Shown here: positions 37,701 to 51,327 of the stretch, piece by piece
How the letters are laid out: every line of letters begins with the position of its first letter
Position numbering within the stretch: the stretch's first letter is position 1
Assembly: GCA_050084985.1 (NCBI GenBank)
Contig: JBITNC010000001.1
Coordinates: 5,394,001 to 5,458,000, forward strand
DNA from: Nageia nagi
Lineage: Eukaryota > Plantae > Pinophyta
Length of the DNA: 64,000 bases
Direction: 5' to 3'
Program-made: the position numbers and the translations under genes
Notes under the pieces: generated by a model
Databases searched by the model: none
What the model was told of the DNA's origin: nothing
Seen by the model: only the letters and a program-made list of their open reading frames with translations

Positions 37701-40066
37701 TGATATGTGGAAAAAGGGGGAATTAAATATTTGAATGCTAGTACAATTATTTTTCTCAATGAAGTTTAAGAAATAAGAAACATAAACAAAAAGAACCACC
37801 TCCTAGGAACAAGGGGGAGTGGCGAAACAAAAGATCTCAAGGTCAAAAATAATAAGTAAATGTTGCTTATGATGAAGAAGAAGATGAGAAACATCAATAT
37901 TTTATATTTTCTCATGAATAAAAACCCTTAGTTTCATCCACTTCATATGTTGATTTTAGAGATTCCACATATATGACTAGCTGAAAGGAATAATTTGCTT
38001 CTTGGATGAAAAATCTTATCTTGGTCAAGTTCATTTAGGTGATGACATACCCTATGATATTGAAGGAAAAGGAGATGTGCATATTCATCTTAGAAAGAAA
38101 ACTAATCAAATAAAGTAGCTTTTATATGTTCCTAGTCTCATAAAGAATCTCTTGTCTATCATTCAAATGTTGGACAACAACCTAAAGGTGGAGCTTGATA
38201 TTATAAAGGATGAGAAAGTTTATTTCATTTGATATAAATCTAAAAGTGGCCAAATCATTATGAAAGCTTTAGGATTTAGTCAAATGTTCCTGATTGATAT
38301 GGTTGATTCCAACAATCAGGCTCTTAATGTTCATGTTGTGAATGTTACCACACTTTGTCATTGATAATATGGATACATGAATCCTATCTACAAAAGAATA
38401 ATTTGGTACCTGGTCTTCCATATCTTGCTTTAATAATATTCATTCTAATTATATAATAGGAAAATAACATCGAGCTCCATTTGATGCTCACACACATCAT
38501 GCTAAAGGACCTCTTGATTTGATCCACTCTAATTTATACGAATCCATAAAGCCTAGTCACACTAGAATTAGATATTTCTTGTTATTTGTAGATAACTACT
38601 CCAAAAAGATATGTGTGTATCTCTTGAGGAAAAAGGATAAAACCTTGAAATATTTCAAGGAGTTTAAATCTCATTTGGAGAATATAACTAATCATTGCCT
38701 TCATGTCCTTCTTTTAGATCAAGGGGGAGAATACTTATCAAATGAGTTTTTTGCATTCTTGAAGCAACATGGAATTAAGTAATAGTTGACCACACCTTAC
38801 ATACTGCAACAACATGAAGTTTATGAAAGGTTGAATAGAACCATTATGGAAATCACCAGAAGTAAGTTTAATGATACAAATATGAGTATAGATTTTTGGT
38901 ATGAAGCTATAAGAACTGTAGCATATTTATTGAATAGAGAACCTACAAAATCTCTTAAAGGAAAGACACCTCAAGAAGCATGTACATGAGACAAAGATGT
39001 CTACATGTAAAAAGTTAAAGGGTTTGTGATTGATTTAGAAAAAGGAAAAAGTGTGTAGATTAATCAACTCTTTGTATGGCTTGAAAAAGCTCCAAGATCT
39101 TGATACTTCAAAATTAATGAATACCTACTACAACATGGTTTTATTTGAAGCCCATATGATCCGAATATCTACCTTCAACAACATGGGGGGGATAGTCATT
39201 ATTGTATTATATGTTGATGATTTAGTCATCATGAATAGTACTAAGGACTTGATCCTATCATACAAAGATGATCTCAAAAAATAATTTGATATGACAAATC
39301 TTGGTTTACTTCACTATTATCTTGGATTTAAGGTTTGATAAATCCATGATCATATATTTATTTCACAGATGAAGTACACAAAGGGTTTGTTGGATAAATT
39401 TAGGATATCAAATTATGAACCAATGAGTATGTTAATTGAACCTAGTTTGTATTTATCATGCTATGATAGTTCTCCATTGGTAAATGCAACTCTCTACCAT
39501 CAGCTAATTGGAGGGTTAATTTACCTTTCACCTACCAAGCCAAATATTTACTATGCCATTAGTTATCTATCAAGATTTATGCAAGAACCAAATAAATACC
39601 ACTAGGTACATCATGGAAAAGCATATTCTAAGATACATATATGGTACTGATAATTATGGCCTTGGATATGCAAATGTATATTAAGGAGGATCCTTGGATG
39701 ATAGAAGATAAATGATAGCATATTTATTCTTCCTTGGATTTGGACCGATTTCATAGAGTAGCAAGAAATAAATCATAACATCTAGATCTTCCATAGAATT
39801 AGAATACCATATTGTAGGAGATGTTGTTTGTGAAGTAGTATGATTATGATGCCTTTTTACATATATTGGGTCATCGTAAAAATAACCAATTATTCTAGAT
39901 TACAAAAATCAAGGTGTACTAAAACTAGTTTGAAACCTTATTTTTCATGAGCACACCAAACATATTGAGATATAGGTGTACTTCATTTGGGATCATGTTT
40001 TACTATACAACATACAAATTTGTTACATTTTCATGAAGAAGTATATTGCATATATCTTCACCAAAT
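34709..40066 (+). pseudogene. Disrupted gag-pol of Copia C (interrupted by solo LTR 34746-37041)
   Basis: gag ESQV|LKGDNYVS*KMKIQ reads across the insertion. INT LIHSNL...YFLLFVDNYS...DQGGEY and ERLNRTIME; RT SLYGLK and LYVDDL; RH HTKHIE and IFTK. Confidence 0.85.
34746..37041 (-). mobile_element. Solo LTR (2296 bp), SIRE-like Copia
   Basis: TGTTGA...TCAACA termini; perfect TSD TCAAG (34741-34745, 37042-37046). ACTGAAAGGGGGGTAAAT near the left end resembles the SIRE-type LTR 3' motif. Confidence 0.85.
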
Positions 40067-40373
40067 ATTTTTTTTTACTATATTAATGAATGGATTTTTT
40101 AATTGAATCTTAACCATTTACAATATCCCAAAGTTAAGCACCTAATCTTAGAACTAGACTAGATTGGGAATATCTAGAAAATATCAGTTCAAATGAGCAA
40201 ACATAGTACTAACCATAACTTACTCCATAGACCCAATTAGAAACCACTTAGACACATATAGCATACAAAACTTATAATAGACTTATACACATGGCATAAA
40301 AAAAATTGAAATATGGAGACCTTGGAACAACAACAAGAATAGTTCACTAAACAACACCCAAGATTGCACACCA

Positions 40374-41535
40374 TTAAGCCTCCCTACTAGCTTTTGCATC
40401 CATTTCATAAAGAATTTTACCTAGAGCCTTCACCATGACCAAGGTAGCTTTTATCATACCCAAGATGGTCTTCCCCTTGCGTACATTGCCCTCTACCTCT
40501 ATAGAGGCCTTTGGAATAGGATCAGGATCTTCCACTTCATTTTTCTTATTTAGAAAATCTTGGACTCCCTTTGAAAAAGCACAAGTATCCTCCATTGGAA
40601 GAGCCTCATAGACTCCTTTTTCTTTTCCCTTAGGCCCAATCGGTTCAAGTTAAGGCCTTCAGTTACCACCTCAAGCTAATCTAATGATTTATCCATGACC
40701 TCCAATACATCAAGGTCATCCTCCATATTCGAAACCTCTGCATACACTACCCCCTTCTTCTTTTTGCAAGTTTGGTACCTCTTCCCCTTGATCCTAGTTG
40801 GTTTCCAATCTTCATCTTCAAATTTAATTCGATGCTTCTTCTTCAGGACACTTTCGAGGCACCCACCATCGAATATCTTTATGGTGTCATCCAATTGAAT
40901 ACTTATGAGATTCCCATATGGATTGCTATACTTGAAGATTAGAAGATCATCAGAATCAAACCTTGGTGACTGAGATGATCTCCTTTATTTTTCTAAAAAT
41001 ATTTTATAGCTTTATCAAGTTCTACAAATAGGAAGGTTAGAATATTTATTTTATGGCCCTTTAAATGATTTAGAAACCTGAAGTGGAAGCTTCAAACCTA
41101 GATGTTAGTATTATCCAAAGTGATGAACTGCATAATTGTTAGGCCAACCTCAGGATATGGTTCAAGAAGTGAAGCATGAGAAACACCTTGCTTCTCCCAT
41201 GAAATATTAGGACCACCTTTGCAAAACTTCATAAACTCAATCTTCAAAAAATGGTTTTCCCATCAAATAATTTTTCCCAGAATTAATAGGCCTATGAGCT
41301 TTGATAATAGTTTTTGATTAACTTGAAAAGAAACTCCATAAACCTTCATCAATCCCCCTTTTCAACTCTCCAAAAATTGTTAAGAAATGTCCTCATTGTG
41401 CCCTCCAAACTTCTCCAAGAATCCCAAAATACCTCTAAGCTCCAAGATTATAAGTACTATAGAAGAAACCTCCAACAACCCTATTTCCAAATAAAAATAT
41501 AGACCCTCTACATCATGCTTCCTCTTTGATGCCAT
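40374..41535 (-). pseudogene. Putative third ORF of LINE F (unknown function)
   Basis: MASKRKHDVEG...GILGFLEKFGGHNEDIS...SLLEPYPEVGLTIMQFITLD...FHFRFLNHLKGHKINILTFLFVELDKAI, then the charged fragments 40676-40894 and 40374-40595. Same strand as the LINE, upstream of its poly(A). Confidence 0.6.
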
Positions 41536-42974
41536 AATAGAAAAAACTATAGACCAAAGATAGACACTTGTATCACTAGATACTTTTAAGTGTTTAATGA
41601 ATATTATATTGTGGAACCTTAACCTTACCCTTGAGTAAAAGGGAGGTTAAGGTGGGGATTTTATCCTATAAATAGAGGGCCTCCCCTCTTGTAAATCACA
41701 CAAGTTTTAGGAGCAAAGTTATGCTTATGGTATGGTTGTAGGAATGTAGATTGTAAGAGAGTGGATCTAAGAGTAATGAGATCTTAGTTAGTGGGCATAC
41801 TCCCAAGGAGGGAGGAACCACTTTATATTGTGTCTCTTGTGTATCTTATGCGAGATTGGAAATTGTTGTTATGCTTATGTTTAGTTAGAGTTGAGTGTAT
41901 CCTACAAGTGATATTGGTGATTACAAATTAATTAGGAAAGGATTGATTCCATCAAATGGTATCAAAGCCTCCTTGTGGTGATCTACTCCAAAATAGACTT
42001 GGAAATTTAAGGTAACACTCCTCAAATTTGAAGGTATACCTATTCCCTATTCTTGTTTCAATTTTTGTTTTGAAACTACAAGCTAGATCTACTATATTTC
42101 TTGTATAAAAATTAAGATAGATCTAATCTTATTGCTATCATTTTTAACCCTCAACTTAAGGTTAAGCATTAGATCTATTATTGTTTTGTTAATATCTAGT
42201 TGATATCTCTAATACTTGAGATTTATAATGATTTATACAAACATGCTTTATTTTGAGAAAAATGGGCTCAAATTTTGAGGTAAAAGTTTACCTTAGTTCA
42301 TGTTATTCTTTTGTTAGATCTAACATTTGTTGATTTTTAGATTGCAATTTTATGATTTTGAGATTAACATGTTTAATCTCTTGTTATGAATAAGGTCTAA
42401 CATTTTCTATGTTAGTTAAATTTTATCTAACTTTCTTCAAGTTTTTTTTTTTTTAATATATAACAAAATTTAGTATATCTAACCTTTGTTTGCATAGTTA
42501 AATCTATTTTGTCATATTTAAAGATTAAAAACTGTGCTAAAATCCCTTTGTAGTTGCATTTAGATTCATTGCAATATGGGATTATACATGTGCTTATAAT
42601 TGCATATTTATTAATCTATGTGATCTCATGTTTTTTGCAAGAAAGTTACAACATTAACTTTCCTATTTTTGGATATACTCTTACAAAAATTTGCAATTTC
42701 TTATTGATTATCTAATCTATGTTTTAGATTTTAAACAAAGGTTACTCTTGATTTATATATTCTATTTTTTTATACAGAATTTTTTTTATAAATATATATG
42801 CATCTTTATTTTTTATTTTATTATGTTTTATTACAGAATAAACAAAATAAAAAAATTTATTTTATTTATTTTTGTATTTTTTAAATAAAAAAATTATAAA
42901 AAGGGGGATTACTTAGCCCTTGGAGGTACACGACTCCTATGTGGGATGTAACCCCTAGAGGGATCACTCATCCC

Positions 42975-43265
42975 CTGAAGGCGTGGCTCCATTATGGGCC
43001 ATTCACCCCCAAAGGGGAGTCACGGCCATTGTGGGTCATCCACCCCTAAAGGGGAGGCATGGATTTAGTGTGGACCGACCACCCCAAGGAGAGTCATAGC
43101 TCCATTGTAGGTCATTCACCCCCAAAGGGAAGGCATGGACACTATGGGTCATTTGCCCCTAAAGGGGAGGCATGGCTCCACTATGGGTCGACTGCCCCAA
43201 GGGGAGGTGCAGCTCCACTATGGGTCGATCACCCCAAGGAGAGGTTTAGCTCCTTTATGGATCGG
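42975..43265 (+). repeat. GC-rich ~37-bp minisatellite, ~7.5 units, in the Copia B leader
   Basis: Approximate consensus CTCCAYTRTGGGTCRWYCACCCC(H)AAGGGGAGGCATGG. Confidence 0.85.
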
Positions 43266-46200
43266 TTGTAGCCAATCTCTGTAACCTTTGCCTAAATTTT
43301 TCCAAAGCATGCCATAGGGTGACTCCCTTTGGCATCCATGGCCTCTCCTCTCTTTCTCTCCTTGCAAACCCTTTTTGCTCCTTGTTACTCTTTGCTTTGT
43401 TCCTACAACCAAAACAAAATCGTATGTTAATTTGTTTTTGGGTGGAATGGAGATATTATTAAATTTGAGATCTTATTTAAGTATTTTTCTTAATCTTTTA
43501 TAAAAAGGAATCCTATGCAATTTTAAAATAAAATAGGAGAATCCTAAGTTAATGGGTATTATTTTAAGAAGAATCCTATGTATCTTTTTACAAGAGCACA
43601 CTTTTTTTTTAAAAAAAAAGGGGGAGCATCCAAAGTTAATAGTTTTTAATAAAAAATGAGTATCCTATGTTATTTTTTAACAAAAGGGGGTCAAGCTATT
43701 TTTTAAGAAAAAGTAGAATCCTAAGTTACTTTTTCAAATGTGTATTATTTGAAGAGGGAATCCTAAGGGTATATCCTAAGTTATTATTAGATTCTAAGGG
43801 GAATCCTATGTTATTAAATGTGAAGGAGCTTTTTTTTACCTACAACTTTGTTAATGGGTATTTTTTTGCTCACCTACCCCTTTTTAATTTTTAGTAAGTT
43901 AATCTCCCTATTTATTTAAAAATATTTTTGTGAGGGGCTTAGGAATCCTAAGTCTTCTAAAAAATATTATTTTGGGAGACAATATTTGTTGGAATGTATA
44001 ATGAATTATTGTAAAGGTTGTATTAAATATTCTATGTAAATTCACTAATACTTAAGGGTATCATTTGCTACCTTAAGTATTTAAGTGAATATGATAATGT
44101 AACTTGTCCTACACTCCATGTCATGAGCATGCCCCTTGGGTAAACGCATGTGCATGTCATGCTTTTGTACATTGGATAAATGGGTGATCCAAAGAGGGAT
44201 TTTGGCCTATAAATAAAAGGCTCCCTCTTTGTGATCACACACCAAATTGTGGAGTAAAGTTATGCTATAGGATAGAAGTGTAGGAGTTGAAATTAGGAGG
44301 ATTGTAAGAGAGTTGTATTTGTGATTGAAGTAAAGATCTAGTTAGTGGATGTACTCCTAGTTGGAGGAACCACTTTACATCTTATGTTGTGAGATTGCTT
44401 TGTGAGTTTGTTAGATGTAATTATGAGTTTTCATGTAATCTTGGTTAATTAGAAATTATCTTGTTAGTGTTATTTCCTTCAAAATGGTGTTAGAGCTTGG
44501 TGTGGGATCTCCTCTTCAACATCATAGTGTGAAAGGTTCATCTCACTCCTTCCTCCAACTACTTTGGTGAGGTAAAATATTTGAAGGTATAATCTTTGTT
44601 TCAAGTTTTTTTTTTAATATATTACTGACATTATTATGAGATGAAATGGTAGAAAAATTACTTACATATTATTGCTATATTACTACTAACACTACTTTGT
44701 TAGTTACATTTTTCTTATATATAGCAAATAATGTGTTATAGTCAAGCTTGAATTTTTTTTTATATACTCAAATTTTTACACAAATTAAGTGAAAATTTGG
44801 AGGAGGACTTACTATATATTTTTTTAAAATATTTGCAAAATTGATTTATAAGAAATTACCTTTCTCTTTAATCTTTTTTTTAAAATAATGAAGAGGAAGT
44901 TGCATTTTTTTATAATATAGTGGGTAAATTCTCTTTTATTGAATATTTTTTTTACATGGTAATTTTAAAAAATAAAAAATAAATTTTTTTCACTACTTTG
45001 GTGAGGGTCTAAATTGCTTTGTGATGTGCATTTGGAGGTTTCAAACCCTCAGCCACTTGTTCATGGCCCCTCCTCTTCTCCACCTATTCATGCCCTATCA
45101 CCATCTTCTCTCAGCTATCTTTTGTCCATGGCTAACCTTTGTGACCCTTCAAAGTGAGCAGGAGGAAATAGGGAAGCTCCATGAGTGTGGTTTGTAGTAG
45201 GGATGATTGCTCTCCTCTCCTCTCTGTCCAATAACATCATTGATCACCTATGGCCTCCCTAAATACCTCTACCTTATGGCCTATTTTTATTCATAGTACC
45301 CAGAACAAAATCATGGCCTCTCCTGGCCTCCCTTGCTCTTTACTCTACTCAATCCTCTATCAATGGGCTCTGAGTACTATTACATTAGCATTATTGCTTC
45401 TTAGCATTAAATGTTTTGTTTTCTCCTACACATCCTTGGCATAGATTGACCACATGCAATAGTGGGTATTATGACCACTCCTTACCCTTTTCTCCTTTTT
45501 TCATGTGTTTATTTTTCATGCACATTTGGTTTAAATCTTAGCTGATTGAGCTCCTCCCTATCTAGTCAATGCTACCACTTAGTTGGTAGCCTCTTTGCAC
45601 AAAAACAACACCACTTGTTACATAGTAAGGCATGGAAGTGAAGCAATGATTTAGAAATTACAAGTTAGAGAAAAGGGTAACATAGCAAAGCAATAGGTTA
45701 GAAACCATGAGTTTAATTCTCTACACTCAGTAGCCTCACCTCTCCTTGCTCTACCGCCAGCTCTCCACTCACAAACTTGCTTCTCCTCTAACCCCTTCTT
45801 GCAGCTATCTTCTTGACTTCTCATGTGGCTTCCTCAATAAGCCTCCTCCCTTCAGCCTCTCCATTCCTTTCAAGTGGTCCTAGAGTTCCACTAAAAAAAA
45901 AAACCTTTTTTTTTTAAGTTTAATTTTTTTTTTTGCAAATCTCATTAAATGAGGCTCCCTTGAGTGGCATGGAGTTTTTTTTCTTTGTGCATTCAAATCT
46001 TGGCAGTACTTAATATCTTAGAGTTTAGTAACTTGTTCAAAAAGTATAAACTCATAATTATTGTCCTTGCATCTACCAACTAGTCATTTAATGGTCTACC
46101 ATGGAGTGTGTGGGAGGTAAAAGTAATTTTTTTTAAATACTTAAAATTAAAATTTTACCTTGGCCAACTTTTTAGCAATAAAATTGGCAATTTTTTGGTA

Positions 46201-47309
46201 TTAAAATTACAAAGTGCAATTGTGGCAATTTAAGATACTATCCTAAGCATTTATTTAAGGGATCCATTTTTTTAAAGTAAAAGGAGAGGGAAATATTTGT
46301 GAAATTTATTTACTTTAAAATTTTTAGAGCTTAAATTTTTTTAAGTTAATGCATGCTTAAGGACTTAAAATATAATTTTAAGTTAATGCTTATCACTTAA
46401 AAATACATGTTGAGTATTTATTCCTTATGCAAGTTGAACAATGCATGCTTATTACTAAAGAGAAATGATGCATGCTAAGTATTTATGCAAATTATAGACT
46501 TGTGTAAAAATGTCCTTTAGGGGTTAGTAAACAAAATCCATTGGCCTCTTAGGTTCCAAGTTATGAATGGATGATGTTTAATTTTAAAGCACTTTACTTT
46601 ATGTTTAGCATTTTTTGCTTTATTTTATTTATGCAAAAATGTAAACATGAGCAACCCCTTAAAATGAACACATATACATGTATATTCTACAATATGACTT
46701 GTTTGGGGAGCCATGAGATGAAGACAGGCAGACTGAAGCATTTAAGTTCTATGATCCAAATGGTGAAAAGTTTGTACTTTTTAATTTCTCCTAAATCCTA
46801 TATTGGTCTGGACATAACTCTATTAGGTGGATAGGTATGTGTGTAGTGATACCACATATCCACATGTCTATTAAGGGATTATCCTAATAACCTAGGGGGA
46901 TAACTTGAAACCTAATCAAGATTAATAATTTGGCTAATCCAATAAACATCGAAACCTTAGAAAATAGCTAGTACTTCTTTTTGTGAGACTATATTACTGC
47001 TCAAGAGGAATTGGTTGAGGATTGGTAGTGCTTGGGCTCATCTTGTGTGGGCATCTAGGTGAGGGCTTAATTTTATATAAGAAAACAAGCCTCAATAATG
47101 TCACTCTACATCTACAATTCTTGAGATGAGAAATGTATTTGGGTACATGGGTTATTATTTGAATTGTAAAACGTTTGCACTTATGAATCAAATCAAGTAT
47201 GTCTTTAGTGTTAAAAGTAACATGTATTATTTACTTGGTTAAAACTTAATATTTAATATTGTTTATTGAATCACATGCTTATTATTTCACATTTTTATGT
47301 AGCAAATAG

Positions 47310-50300
47310 AAGAATTCTTTTTACCCAAACACATATTTGATGGTTCTAACTATGGGATTCGGGAACCATGGATGAGAGTTGAATTGCAAGCAAGGAAGCT
47401 TTGGTAAATAGTGAATTAGAACCTTGTACCTCCTACAGATGAGAAGGCACTAAAGGCTTACAACACAAAGAATGAGTTGGCAACCTCCATGATTTACCAT
47501 GCATTTTTAGATGATGTGCTCTTGATAATTTCAACCTCGATAAAGGAAGCATAGGATAAGTTTAAGCAAATCTACCTTTGGTTCAAAATTTTTAAGAAGG
47601 TTTACCATTCTTCAAAAGTTGCTTCAAAAGAAAGATGAAAATGTGGCTAACTACTTGAACAAAATCATTGACCTAAGGATCCAACTTGTTGCTTGTGAGT
47701 ATAATTGGATCAATGATGAGTTCATGGTCTTTATCATTCTTTTTTAAAGCCTTTTTTCAAAGTTGAAAACTTTGTAATAGTTTGAAAAAGTCTTCTCCCT
47801 TGAGAACCTTTCTAGGCACCTTTTTTTTTTAGAAAACTCTTATCTTTGATTCACTCTTTTCCATCTAATTAGATTGTTAATTCTAATTGCATTAATCACC
47901 TATGCTTTAAAAAAGAAAAGTTTGAGAACTTTCACAAGTATAAGATGCGGTTGTGATAGTTGATATCTCTACCCTTGAAGTCTAAAAAATTAAGAGTGTG
48001 TTGATTCACAAGAAGGTTATTGACAATGTTCTCTTTGTTCCTAAGCTTAGGATAAACCTTCTCTCTATGATTAAAGTTACTAGAAAAGGGTACTCATTTG
48101 AATTCAACTCTCTATCATGATGCATAACATATGGACTTGCCACATTGGTTAAATGGTCAATGAAAGATGATCTATATATTATGGATCAAGTTCTATCAAA
48201 GATGTGTCTTGCTTCTAATGTGTGTTCTAAAGATAATCTTTGGCATCATCATTTAGAGCACCTTAACCACAAGAGTATTCAAGTTATGAAATACTAAGAA
48301 CTTATGAAAGGTTTGCCTTCAATTTCTTCTTCAATTGATTTGTACAAGAAGTGCATTCTTAGTAAGATGCATAGATAAAAGTTTGAAAAAGATAAGGCAA
48401 TAAGAGCATCTCAACTTCTTCAACTTGTACATTCAAATTTGATGAGTCCATTTTAGATTAAGTCACTTAGAGGAGCATATTACATCTTAACCTTCATTAA
48501 TAACTTTAGTAGGATGACCTTTGGGTATCTACTTGAGCACAAGAATCAAACCTTGAGAGTTTTAAGGTTTTTAAGGTCTTTGTTGAAAATCAGACTAACC
48601 CTAAAATCAAGATGTTGAGATCAGATAATGGAAGAGAATATTACAGCATGAGTTCAATGACTATTGTGTTAAGTATGGAATCAAGAGGCAATTTATGATT
48701 TCTTACACTCCTTAACAAAATAGTGTTGTCGAAAGGAAAAATGGAATAATTATGGAGATGGTTAGATGCATGTTGGGTAATATTCCTAAATTCTGATGGA
48801 GTGAAGCTATGAGCACTACTATTTACATCTTGAATAGGTGTCCCATAAAAATTATTCAGAGAAAAACTCCTTTTGAGGCATGGTCAGAAACAAAATCTAA
48901 CATTTCTCACCTTAGGGTGTTTGGTTATGAAGCATTCTCCTACATTGTTCCTTAGAAAAGTAAGAAGTTAAATAAAAGAGCTAAAAAATGCATCTTTATG
49001 GGTTATGATAGTTAGCATAGAGGGTATAAGATCTAATCTCCAACCTATAAAGCAATATTCATTTCAAGAGATGTAAAGTTCAATGAACTTCCTAAAGAAT
49101 CTACTTCTAATGAGGATGTTGATGATCTAGAGGAATCTTCAGTTGCTCTTAGTTGGTTGGTTATTGATATACATAAGTCATATTAGGAATAAAAATTCTT
49201 CAACACAAAGGGTAACAAGGAGCATGACTTTGAACATATCTTTAATTACTAAGATTGACAACAACCATGAGCCTTCAACCTTCAAAGAAGCTTCTAAGCA
49301 CAAGTGCTAGATGGAAGCCATGAAAGTGGTATGAGGCACTTATAAAAAATAAAACTTGGGACTTAGTTCCTTATCCTAATAATAAGAATGTAATTGGCAA
49401 TAAGTGGATCTACAAGGTTAAATTAAATTCAATAGGAGATATTGAGAAATACAAGGCAAGGTTAGTAGCTAAAGGTTTTGCTTAGAAATACAATGTAGAT
49501 TATGAGGAAACCTTTACTCCCATGGCAAATATGCCTATTGTAAGAGTTATCATTACTTTTTTATAGCTCAAGAATGGAAATTTTTTCAACTTAATGTCAA
49601 AAGTGCATTTCTCAATGGTGACTTAGATGTGAAAATCTTCATGAATCAACTAGAAGGGTTTATTATGGAAGGTAAAGAGTCCTTTGTGTGAAAGCTAAAG
49701 AAGTCTTTGTATGGACTTAAGCAAGCACCTTGAGCTTGGTATAGAAATATTTTAGGTTACTTTGTAGACATTGGATTCTCCAAGTATTTTTTTGACTCTA
49801 ATCTATATGTGCTCAATCAAGGAAAATACATGGTATTGATTCTCCTTTATGTGGATGATCTTTTGATTACTAGAAATAATGATGAAATCATTCAAAAGTG
49901 TATATCCAAACTTAAGGCAACATTTTAAATGAATGATCTTGGTCTCTTACACTACTATCTTGAAATGCAAGTGTATCAATATAAGGATTGTACTTACCTT
50001 AGTCAATCTAAGTATATATCAGACATCTTGCAAAAGTTTGGAATGGAGGAGTGTAGATATGCTGTAATACCAATCTCTCCTGGAATCACTATTTCTCTAA
50101 GCTGTAACTCTCAGTTAGCTGATGCTATAGCTTATAGGTAATTAATTGGTAGTTTTTTGTATTTGACTATATCCAAGCCAAACATGACCTTTGCAATGAA
50201 TCTGATGGCATGATTCATGCAAAAACCTTATGTTGAGCATCTCAATGCTATTAAGCAAATCTTGAGGTATGTTTTAGGGACTAAGGATCTTTCTCTCAAG

Positions 50301-50790
50301 TATTTCAAGTTAACCTTATTTGTTCTCTCTAGATTCTTAGATTTTGATTATGGGGGAGATAGAGATGATAAGAAGTTAACCTTTACATATATGTTTAGCA
50401 TTGGTTTAGGTGCTATCTCTTGGATTTCCAAGAAGCAACCTACTATTTCTCTTTCAATCATAAAAGCCAAATATCATGCATGTCTATTGTAGCCCAGGAA
50501 GCCATTTGGATAAGGCATCTTCTAAAAGAAATTGGGTATGAGTAAGGTGACTCATATTTGATATCTTCAAACAATCAATTAGCTATTTCTTTGGCTAAGA
50601 ATCCAATGTTCCATCAAAGAATAAAACATGTGGAAATCCATGCCTATTTTATTAGGGAGAAGGTTCTTTATGGCATCGTACACCTAGAGTATTGTCCATC
50701 CACTTTGAACTCCACTAATTTGTTCACCAAGCCCCTCCTAGAAGCTTAGTTCTATAAGCTTAGGGATGCTATTAGGTTGGTAAAGTTACC
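47310..50790 (+). pseudogene. Disrupted gag-pol of Copia A
   Basis: gag FDGSNY; GAG-pre-INT LWHH-L-HLN; INT RSDNGREY and ERKNG; RT KYKARLVAKGF, SLYGLKQAP, LYVDDL; RH ISW-SKKQ, KHVEIH, LFTKPL. Multiple stops. Confidence 0.92.
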
Positions 50791-50970
50791 TTCAAGGGAA
50801 AGTGAAGTTTAAATTCTTGTGTTGAATTCATGTTTGTGATGACAACTTCACCCCTAGGAGGATTTTATGCTGTAAAGTGTTGATTTTGTTGTACACCTTT
50901 GTGGTAAGTTTGCTTTGCATGAGAAACTTATTGTACAAAATTTTAAAATTCAAAAGATTGGCCAATTTTG

Positions 50971-51327
50971 TACTATTCAATTATCCATATGTGAGAAACT
51001 CTTATGTGTTATTTGGCATTATTTAGTTATCTATATGTGAAGAACTCGTATGTGCATACTCTATTTTGGTCAATCTAGCACTATTTAGTTATCCATATGT
51101 GAGAAAATATTATGTGTCATTTGGCATTATTTAGTTATCCATATGTGAGGAACTCTTATGTGTCATTTGGCACTATTCAGTTATCCATATGTGAGGAAAT
51201 AGTATGTGCATGCTCTATTTTTTGATATAGCACTATTTAGTTATCCATGTGTGAGGATCTCTTATATGCTTTTTGGCACTGTTCAGTTATCCATATGTGA
51301 GGAACTCATATGTGCATGCTCTATTTT
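50971..51327 (+). repeat. Seven ~46-62-bp tandem units in the Copia A 3' UTR
   Basis: Core GCACTATTYAGTTATCCATATGTGAGGAACTCWTATGTG. Confidence 0.88.

Noticed and set aside
43059-43271. Repetitive peptide ORF
   Set aside because: Translation of the 37-bp minisatellite; the unit length is not a stable multiple of three.
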